Origin: Pyrinomonadaceae bacterium
Lineage (GTDB): Bacteria; Acidobacteriota; Blastocatellia; Pyrinomonadales; Pyrinomonadaceae
Direction of reading: 5' to 3'
Assembly (NCBI GenBank): GCA_035606195.1
Contig: DATNFX010000313.1
Span: 1 to 61,504, forward strand
DNA length: 61,504 bases
Part shown: in pieces, positions 9,282 to 19,300 of the stretch
Layout of the letters: each line of letters starts with the position of its first letter
Numbering within the stretch: position 1 is the first letter of the stretch
Notes under the pieces: model-generated
The model's database searches: none
What the model was told of the DNA's origin: nothing
What the model saw: only the letters and a program-made list of their open reading frames with translations
Position numbers and translations under genes: made by a program

Positions 9282-9400
9282 TTTGTCTAATTTCAGACTC
9301 AGTCGACTTCACGACAGACGAGACATCTCATCTGATGTAGAAAGTTCGTGCTCTGACTAAACGGAAGACTCCAAACCCAGAGGATTCCCCTCCCTTACCC
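9282..9400 (+). promoter_or_regulatory. conserved leader element, copy A (paralog at 46995-47112), containing TGTCT-N6-AGACT
   Basis: Shares with copy B the blocks TTTGTCT.ATTTCAGACTCAGTC, TTCACGACAGAC, GTAGAAAG and GCTCTGACTAA, plus a weaker ..GAGGA.TC...CCTCCC tail. Same order and orientation in both copies. Confidence 0.6.
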
Positions 9401-9589
9401 CCATTAGTCAAAAAGCAGTTCAAGTAAATAAGTTTCGCTGTTTTTAACTGACGGAGACGAGTCTGTGGGATAGCTTTAGGTTTCATGGCCTGTTTATTCG
9501 GGCCCCCCATCACTCTCATGCCTAGATACCGTCACTCGCAAATCAGAAATAAGTCCAGGGCAGGAATGTAAGTAAGGAGGCCAACTCTG

Positions 9590-10114
9590 ATGATTCAGGA
9601 CGTCAGCGATAGACCAACTTGGTACGCAATCTGCACAAATCCTCAGCAGGAAGACCGAGCTTGCAGTAATCTGCGCGCGTGGGGAGTAGAATGCTTGAAC
9701 CCCAAAATTAAGGAGTCTCGACGTAATCATTTCACGGGCATCGCCGAAGTCATTTCCAAACCATTGTTCCCGCGTTACATTTTCTCACGCTTCGAACTGA
9801 AAGGCGCATTTCACAAGATCAGTTTTACCAGGGGTGTCCATCGTGTGGTAAGTTTCGACGGTCGGCCCACTCCAATTGATGAAGACGTGATCGCGTTGAT
9901 TCAGTCGCGCGTAGGCAGCGATGGATTCGTCAAGATAGGTGCGAGCTTGAAACCTGGCGATGTGGTGCGAGTCAAAGATGGTCCGTGGAAGGCCCTGACC
10001 GGTGTAGTAGAGCGTGAGTTCAAGACAAACGAGAGGATCACGCTCCTATTGCAGTCCATCAAGTATCAGAGTCGCCTGACAATTGAAAGTCATTGGGTTG
10101 AGAAGATCAGTTGA
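9590..10114 (+). CDS. NusG-paralog transcription antiterminator (RfaH/LoaP/UpxY/TaA-like)
   Basis: 174 aa. AAGGAGG RBS at 9574-9580. NGN-like N-terminus (WYAICTNPQQE...KPLFPRYIF) and KOW motif (LKPGDVVRVKDGPWKALTGVVE). Confidence 0.8.
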   Translation: MIQDVSDRPTWYAICTNPQQEDRACSNLRAWGVECLNPKIKESRRNHFTGIAEVISKPLFPRYIFSRFELKGAFHKISFTRGVHRVVSFDGRPTPIDEDVIALIQSRVGSDGFVKIGASLKPGDVVRVKDGPWKALTGVVEREFKTNERITLLLQSIKYQSRLTIESHWVEKIS

Positions 10115-10290
10115 TTTACGTTAGGCCCTTCAGTCCTTGATTGAAGTAAATGATTTAAGCGTTCCCCATAGTGACCTCCCCGAACAGTGAACGAATATGA
10201 GTGAGTCCGCGCGGCTTTATGTCCGCGGTCTCATTCGAACCGGTTTCACCAGGTAATCCCAGTTTCGTAGATTGCACCTCTGGTGCAGAG

Positions 10291-10309
10291 TGCGGTAGCT
10301 CTGCCTGCC
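10291..10309 (+). promoter_or_regulatory. ops-like box TGCGGTAGCTCTGCCTGCC (copy 1)
   Basis: Contains GCGGTAGC, which matches positions 2-9 of E. coli ops (GGCGGTAGCGTG). 17/19 identical to 47271-47289. On the non-template strand of the leader, 65-71 nt before the first megasynthase start. Preceded by a TGCACC-TCT-GGTGCA hairpin (10273-10287). Confidence 0.5.
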
Positions 10310-10355
10310 CAACCTATCCTAGACAATCAAATTCATATTTTCGACCAGGCGACTT

Positions 10356-13300
10356 TTGTCAATGAGTACAAACACCCTCGCTATCCGTGAGCGCAACGCT
10401 GAAGTGCCGTCTACTTCGCTGACGCTCGTCGAGCTTCTAAGAAACCGAGCGCGGCTCCACGCCGATAGGGCTGCATATATCTTTCTCTCGGATGGAATCA
10501 CCGAAGAGACCACGCTGACCTGGGGAGATCTCGACCTCCAGGCGCGTGCCATGGGCGCATGGCTGCAATCGCTTACTGCTCGCCGAGAACGAGTACTCTT
10601 GCTTTACCCTGCCGGTCTCGAATACATCACCGCTTTCTTCGGGTGCTTGTATGCGGGTGTAATCGCTGTTCCAGCTTATCCGCCAAGGCAAAACCGGAAC
10701 CTGCGCCGCTTGCACTCGCTGATAATCGACGCGCAGCCGGCTGTCGCTTTAACTACCCGACCAATCTTGTCTCGAGTAATCAATTCATTCGGCAAAAATC
10801 CGGAGCTTGCAATGCTTCGCTGGGTTGCGTCTGAAGATAGACCAACCGCAGAACCGGAAAACTGGCAAGCGCCTGAAATCGCCCCGACTGACCTTGCGTT
10901 CTTGCAATACACATCAGGATCGACGTCGGCCCCCAAGGGCGTGATGCTGAGTCATAGCAATCTCGTCCAAAACGATCGTTTGATACATAAAGCTTTCGGC
11001 CAAACAGAACAGTCAGTCATAGTGAGTTGGCTGCCGCTTTATCACGACATGGGCCTTATCGGCGTCGTTCTTCACGCGTTGTCGGCCGGCGCGCGGTGCA
11101 TTCTCTTGTCGCCGACGGCGTTTTTGCAGCAGCCCTTTCAGTGGCTTCAGACTATCTCTCGCTATCGTGCCACCACGAGTGGTGGGCCAAACTTTTCCTA
11201 CGATCTCTGCGTGCGAAAGATTACCGATGAACAACGGGCCACGCTGGATCTGAGCTCGTGGAGTGTTGCCTTCAATGGCGCTGAAACTGTTCGCGCCGAA
11301 ACGATGGATAGGTTCGCCGCGGCCTTCGCCCCCTGCGGTTTTCGTCGCGAAGCGTTCCGGCCTTGTTACGGATTGGCCGAAGCAACGTTGATTGTGTCTG
11401 CTCGCGGCGAGTCCAGAGCTGAAGAGAACCGGCCTCTCGTCAAACACGTTTGCAAAACATCGCTGGAACAAAATCGCGTGATCGAGTTGGGGAAGAAAAC
11501 TCCAGACGCCCGCACAGTGGTCACGTGTGGTGCGCCGCTGTGCGCTCGGGAAGTGATCATCGCCAATCCCGATACATTGACGGGATGTGCGGCCAATGAG
11601 GTGGGTGAGATCTGGGTGTCAAGCCCAAGTGTCGCCGCCGGCTATTGGAACAACACCGAAGAGAGCGCGCGTACATTTCGAGCTGTTCCAAATGGTAGTA
11701 AAGCGACGTATCTGCGCACCGGCGACCTGGGCTTTCTTCTTGACGGTGAACTTTTTTTGACCGGTCGCCTCAAAGATTTGATCATCACGCGCGGGCGGAA
11801 CCTTTACCCTCAGGACATAGAAGGTACTGTTGAGCAGTGCGATCCGTCGCTTCGTCCGGGCTGTGGAGCTGCGTTCTCGGTAACGGTCGAGAGTGAGGAG
11901 CGCGTGGTCATAGTCCACGAGATAGAACCTCGGCGCACGGTGGAACTACAGTCTCTCATTACCTCAATACGCCAGGCCATTAGTGAAGAACATGAAGTAG
12001 TGGTGTATTCGGTTGCACTCGTCAAAGCTGGAATGGTCCCGAAGACATCCAGTGGCAAAATTCAGCGGAAAGCATGTCGCGAACTGTTTTTAGAAGGCGG
12101 ACTGGCGCCGATTGCCTATTGGCTGGAGACGCCTTTCGGCCATAAAGAAAACCTGTCCGATTCTCTGCGGCCCGCAGACTCTCTGAACGGAGCAGAGACG
12201 CTGAATTGGCTTCGCCTTCAGTTTGCGCAAGTTGTGAACATCAGCGCGGCCGAGATCGACATTCATCAGCCAATCCTGCGCTATGGTTTGGATTCACTGC
12301 TGGCGACTGAGTTGACACATCGCATTGAGTCAGAGCTGGGGATAGCAGTTCCGCTTACGAGTTTGTTGGAAAGCCCCACGATTGAGCAACTCGCAGCCAG
12401 TATTTGCGGCGAGGCTTTCGTCCGGGATAACGAAGAGCTGGTGGGACCTACACCTCTGACGAACACATCCTCAGAATATCCACTCTCATTCGGACAACAG
12501 TCACTCTGGTTTCAGCACCGCATGGCGCCGGACAGCGCCGCCTACAATCTCGCCAGTGCGTTGCGTCTCCGAGGACCTCTGAATGCGGTAGCTCTGGAGC
12601 GCGCCTTTGCATCTCTGGTGCAACGTCACGCGATGCTCAGGACCACCTTCTCTCAAAATAGCCTCGCTCCGCGCCAGCAAATACACGAAGAAATGCCCGT
12701 TTGCTTCGAGTTCGCTGACGCCTCATCGTGGAGCGAAGCCGCTGTACGCGAGTATTTGTTAAAGGAAGCGGAAGGGCCTTTCGACTTGTCCGCAGGACCA
12801 CTGCTACGGGTGAACCTGCTGAAGCGAGCTGACGATGAACACGTGTTGCTCGTCGCCGTTCATCACATCATCGTCGACTTCTGGTCCCTGTCAGTTTTGA
12901 TGAAGGAACTGGGTGTGCTCTACGAAGCGCACCGGAATGGTATGGATGCCAACCTGCCACCTTTGCAGTTGCAATACACGGATTACGTGCGCCACGAGAT
13001 GGAAGATCTCGAAGGGCCGCGCGGTAAGAGACTGTTGGAGTATTGGCAGCAACAGCTTGGTGGAGTGTTGCCGTTATTGAATCTCCAAACCGACTGGCCA
13101 AGACCCTCGCTGCAAACATTTCGCGGCTCTTCACAGAGTTTCAAGGTTAGCGCCGGCCTTACACACAAACTCAAAGAGCTTGGTCGAGAAACTGGCACAA
13201 CTCTGTACATGGTCCTGCTCGCGGCGTTTCAGCTGTTGCTCCATCGATACACGCAACAGAAGGAATTCCTGATCGGCTCACCGGTTGCGGGTCGTAACTC

Positions 13301-16300
13301 AGCGGCGCTCGCGTCTGTGATGGGATATTTCGTTAATCCTCTGGTTCTGCGAGCTGACATCTCCGGCGATCCCTCATTCATCGATTTGCTCGCGCGTGTG
13401 CGAGACACGGTGCTGAGCGCGCTGGCCCACCAGGATTGTCCCTTTGCTTTGCTTGTGGAACACCTCGAGCCAACACGTGACCCCAGCCGAAGTGCTCTGT
13501 TTCAACACATGTTTGTTATGCAGCAGTCCGCTATTGCGGGGGTGGGAGGACTATCGGAACAACTCGGCGAACTAGCCATGGAGCCAATCGCTTTGGATCG
13601 GCATGTTTCGATCTTCGATTTGAGGCTTGAGGTCGCACAAGCGGAAAAAACGCTGATCGGCTCGATGGAATACAACAGTGATTTGTTCGAGGCGACGACG
13701 ATCGAACGCATGCTGGGCCACTTTGAAACGTTGCTACAGAGCATTGTCGCGAACCCGGAAAAATGTGTTTCCAAACAAGCACTCCTCACGCCTGCCGAGA
13801 ATCAACAGTTGCTCGCTGAATGGAACGATACAACGGTGGATCGACCAGATAAGGCGCTGCATCAGCTCATTGAGGCCCAGGTCGCGCGGACGCACAATCT
13901 CGTCGCGGTGATCTTTGAAGATCAAAAGGTAACTTATGCTGAACTCGATCAACGGGCAAACGCGCTTGCCGCTGAATTGCGGCGGCGCGGGGTTGGACCA
14001 GACGTAATCGTCGCCATATGCATGGAGCGTTCAATCGAACTGGTGGTCGCTCTCCTTGGAGTATTGAAGGCCGGGGGGGCCTATTTGCCTCTCGATCCGG
14101 ATTATCCACGCGACCGGCTTCACTTCATGATTGAAGACTCGCGGCCCCCCGTGCTGCTGACGCAGAAACACGTGCGGCACAACCTGCCGAATTTCGCGGC
14201 ATGTCAAACGCTGTGTGTCGACGACGAAGTCTTCCCCGCAGCTCAAATAAACTCGGAAGTGACTGCCTCCAACCTGGCATACGTCATCTACACTTCGGGC
14301 TCTACGGGCTGGCCCAAAGGCGCGATGAACACGCACGCGGGTATCGTCAATCGTTTGCTGTGGATGCAGGAACAGTACGAATTGACCTCCACCGACTGTG
14401 TGCTCCAGAAAACGCCTTTCAGTTTTGATGTTTCGGTGTGGGAGTTTTTCTGGCCGCTGCTGACGGGCGCAAGGATGGTCCTGGCCAGGCCCGGTGGGCA
14501 CCAGGATCCCGCTTACCTCGCGGAGTTGATCGAGCGCGAGCATGTCACGACGATTCACTTCGTGCCGTCGATGTTGCAGATGTTTCTGGCAAACGCTGAC
14601 GCGAGCCGCTGCGACAGCTTGAAACGAGTGATCTGTAGTGGCGAGGCGTTGTCAAATGAACTGCAAGAGCGTTTCCACGCACGGCTCGGCGCGGAACTCC
14701 ACAACCTCTATGGCCCAACCGAAGCATCGGTAGATGTCACCTACTGGAAATGTGAGAGAGATGCGCGGCGGGCGGTAGTACCTATCGGACGGCCAATAGC
14801 CAACCTCGAGATCTTTTTGCTCGATGCGCTCGGCCATCCGGTTCCTGCCGGCGTTGTGGGTGAATTACACATAGGCGGCGTTGGGCTGGGCCGTGGTTAT
14901 TTCAATCGTCCTGAGTTGACCGCAGAACGTTTCCGACCGCACCCGTTTTCCAGCAAACCGGGAACTCAACTCTATCGCACAGGCGATCTCGGGCGCTATC
15001 GACCAGATGGTCAAATCGAGTTTCTGGGGAGGGTGGATCAGCAAGTTAAGCTGCGGGGCTTTCGCGTCGAGCTGGGCGAGGTTGAAGAGGCGCTCAGGGC
15101 GCACACTGCAGTGCGCGATTGTGTGGTAACAACAGCCGAAATCCTGCCCGGAGACATGAGGCTCGTCGCGTACGTGGTCCATGAAGGTAACGCCAGCGCA
15201 AACTCGGAAGAACTGCGGCGTCATTTGAGAGTAAGACTGCCGGAATACATGGTGCCGTCATATTTCGTGGCGCTCGAAACAATACCCCTTCTGCCAAATG
15301 CCAAGGTTGATCGTCGCAACCTGCCGCCGCCATCCGACCTGAGACTCGAGTTAACAAAAGAATTCGTTGCGCCTCGGAATCAGATCGAGAAGCAGTTGGC
15401 GGCGATCTGGGTTGAGGTCCTGGGCCTGGGGCAAGTGGGAGTTGATGACAACTTCTTCGAACTCGGCGGGCACTCGTTGCTGGCGATGCAGATAGTGGCT
15501 CGCATTAACCAGTTGTACCTGATCGATTTTCCACTGCGCAGGATGTTCGAAACTCCCACGGTCGCAGGAATCGCGCAATATCTTTCGGCGATGCGCCGCG
15601 CGGATGCGAAGCAGGAACAGCAACCGAGCAAACGCGCGCCGCGCCAGGTTGACTTACAACTCTCGTTTGCACAGGAGCGACTATGGTTTCTTGATCAGCT
15701 TGATCCTGTTAACTCAGCCTATAACATGCCAATCGTTCTTCGCATCCGCGGGCGACTAGACCTCGCTGTGTTGGAGCGTAGCGTGCAGGAAATCATCCGC
15801 CGCCATGAGATCTTGCGCGTGAGCCTCACCAACGTGAAGGGAAAGCCGGTGCAGGTGATTGCGCCGTTCGAAGAGTGGCGGTTGCGTGTGTTTGATCTGT
15901 TTGGTACCGCCAAATCGGACCGTTGGAATGAAGTGATTCGTTATGCGACGAAAGAAGCACAACGACCTTTCGATCTCACGCAAGGCCCACTGCTGCGCGC
16001 TGCCGCCTGGCAGATTGACGTGAATGACTATCTTCTTGTGCTCGTGATGCACCACATCGTCAGCGATGGCTGGTCGTTGGGAGTGTTCGCTAACGAATTG
16101 AAGACTCTCTACAAGGCCTATAGCGATGGCCGGCCTTCGCCGTTGCCCGATTTGTCGATTCATTACTCCGACTTCGTTCACTGGCAGCGTGAACGCCTTG
16201 CGAGTGAAGCAGCAGCCGAGCAACTTGATTACTGGAAGCGTCAACTTGCAGGACGTCTGCCGGCGCTCGTGTTGCCGGGCGAACATTTGCGCCGGCCGGC

Positions 16301-19300
16301 GCCGTCGGTCCAGGTTGCCGCCGAATCTTGCGCGCTTCAGTCACAATTGATCCAGAGGCTCAAAGAATTCAGTTGCGCGAGTGGGGTCACTCCGTTCATG
16401 ACTCTGCTGGCAGTCTTTCAGATCCTGCTGCAACGTTACACCGGGCTTGATGATGTTCTCGTAGGCACTCCGGTCGCCGGCCGCACGCGCGTCGAGACCG
16501 AAACCCTGATCGGATTGTTCACGAACACACTCGTTCTTCGTACCGATCTTTCGGGTAATCCGACGTTCCTTGAATTGCTCGGTAAAGTGCGCGAAACGAC
16601 ACTCGAAGCGCACGCGCACCAAGACGTTCCGTTTGAAATGCTCGTGGAGGTGTTACAACCGGAACGAGACTTAACCCGCACGCCTCTTTTTCAGGTGATG
16701 ATTGTGTTTGATCCACCTCTGCCGGAGGTCGATCTTCCTGGGTTGCAACTGGAACAGGTCGAACTGCCTGCCGCCGCACCCAAATTCGATTTGATTCTCT
16801 TTCTGAAGGAACGGGACGGTGAACTGATCGCGCGCTTTGAATATGACACCACACGTCTCGATCAAAAAACCGTGCAGCGTTTGGCGAGGCATTTCCAGAC
16901 TCTGCTGGTGAACGCGCTCGCGCACGCAGAAACGCACATCTCGGATCTCGAGCTAATGACCAAAACCGAGGCGCAGCGTCTCCGCAACGATTGGAACGAT
17001 ACGTACAAACAGTACCCGCGAGAGGTTTGCTTGCATCAGCTATTCGAAGCACAGGCGGCGCGTACACCGGAGCTCGTTGCTTTAGTTGCCGGCCGCGAAT
17101 GCTTGAGCTACCGCGAGTTGAATCAGCGTGCTAATCGGCTGGCCCATCATCTTCGCGCGCTGGGTGCCGGCCCGGAGTCTTTGGTGGGCGTGCTGCTAAA
17201 TCGCTCAACTTCGCTTGTGGTGGCGTTGCTTGGAGTGCTCAAAGCTGGAGCCGCGTATGTTCCACTCGATCCGGACTACCCGCGCGAGCGACTGCGTTTG
17301 ATGATCGACGCAAACATCAATGTGTTGGTCACGCAGGAGAACCTGAAATACAACTTGCCACCATACAACGCCAGCGTCACTTGTCTGGATGCAGAGTGGG
17401 GAAGTATTGCGCTCGAGAGCGGCGACGATCCCGTGTGTTTGAACACACTTTCACAGCTCGCCTATCTGATCTACACCTCCGGTTCCACTGGTAAACCCAA
17501 AGCTGCGGCTATTGAGCACCGTAATGTCGTCACGCTCATGCATTGGGCGCGCGAGCTGTTTACCACGATCGAGCTCGGGGGTGTGCTGGCTTCGACGTCC
17601 GTCTGCTTCGATCTATCAGTGTTCGAGATCTTCGTTCCTCTGTGTTGGGGCGGCAAGGTGATACTCGCTGCGAATGCGCTTGAGTTACCAACGCTCAACG
17701 CAGCGAGTGAAGTGACACTAATCAATACCGTGCCGTCGGCCATGACCGAACTGATCAGGATAAGCGGTGTTCCCAAATCTGTGCGGACGGTAAATCTCGC
17801 CGGCGAGGCGCTCCATCATTCGCTGGTGCAGCGGATTTACGAATTGGAAGGCGTGGAGCGAGTGCTAAACCTTTACGGCCCTTCAGAAGATACAACTTAC
17901 TCGACCGGGGCGACGATCGACAGATGTGACTCTCAAGCGCCCACGATAGGCCGGCCAATTGCCAACACGCAGGCTTACATACTCGATATTCATCAGAAGG
18001 CACTGCCGATCGGCGTCGCCGGCGAGCTTTACGTCGCGGGCGATGGACTTGCTCGCGGTTATTTCAATAGACCTGATCTCACGGCGGAAAAGTTCATTCC
18101 AAATCCGTTCGCAGGCGCACCGGGCATGCGCATGTACCGCACTGGCGATCTCGCACGCTATTTGTCAGACGGGCAAATCGAGTTTCTTGGACGCAGCGAT
18201 CATCAGGTGAAGCTACGCGGCTTTCGTATCGAACTCGGTGAGATTGAGACGATGCTTCGCGAACACCCTGAGATACGCGACGCGGTAGTTATCATGCGTC
18301 AACAGAATGAAGATCAAGTCCTTGTGGCGTACGTGGTGAATGAGAGCGAGCAAGCGGTGACGCCGAAGAAGTTAAAAGCATATCTTTCCAAACGTCTTCC
18401 AAAGCACATGGTACCGGCGTTCATCGTACCCCTCGCGGCACTGCCATTAACTCCGAACGGCAAGGTCGATCGCCGTGCTTTGCCTTCACTTGAAACCAGC
18501 GATGAGGTTCAGGAAGACGCGATTGTCTTGCCGCGCACAGATATTGAATCGAGGCTGACGGGCCTGTGGTCACAATTGCTAAAACGGCGACAGATCGGAG
18601 TCCACGACGACTTCTTCGCGCACGGTGGGCACTCACTACTCGCCGTTCAACTCGTCTCACGCATTCGTGATGAGTTTCAGGTTGACCTGCCACTGCGCAG
18701 TGTCTTCGAGACAGCGACGATCGCTGAGCTTGCGAGGCTTGTCGAAAATGCATCGCTGTTTTCCTCGCCGATTCCCAAAATTCAGCGGTCGAAGCCGGCG
18801 CCGCTATCGTTCGCTCAGCAGCGGCTCTGGTTTCTGGATCGACTGGCGCCTGGAAGTTCCGCGTACAACATCTTCGGCGGTATACGTTTACGCGGCGAAC
18901 TGGACCAGACGGCATTTGCGCAATCCCTGAACGCCATCGTCGAAAGACACGAGATTCTGCGCACGGCGTTCACCACAGTTGACTGGCAGCCTGCGCAGGT
19001 CGTCTCCGCGGCGCAACCGGTCTCGCTCAGTTTCATAGATCTGCCTGGCGCGACCGAAGACGAGCGGGAGACGAAACTGCGAACACTGGCGAATGACGAA
19101 CTGAGTCGTCCTTTCAATCTGTCCGATGGGCCTTTACTGCGCTTGATTCTCCTGCGACTTAATGAAGAAGAACACGTGGCGCTGGTGACAATGCACCACA
19201 TCGTCGCCGATGGATGGTCCCTGAACATCTTTGTGAAGGAGTTCGCCGAGTTTTATCGAGCGTTCCACACCGGTCAACCCGCGCAGCTCGCGACATTGCC

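Noticed and set aside
10115-10272. Possible intrinsic terminator CCGCG-N12-CGCGG (~10208-10229) between the NusG-paralog gene and the ops-like box
   Set aside because: The stem is only 5 bp with a large loop and has no clear U-tract. It is not distinguishable from chance in GC-rich DNA.
14771-14782. Exact GGCGGTAG ops core inside the first NRPS gene (and GCGGTAG near 18283)
   Set aside because: These arise from Arg/Ala-Val-Val codons (..GCG GTA GT.) within A-domain coding sequence. They lack the extended 19-mer shared by the two leader copies and are most simply chance matches. They also show that the 8-mer alone is weak evidence.
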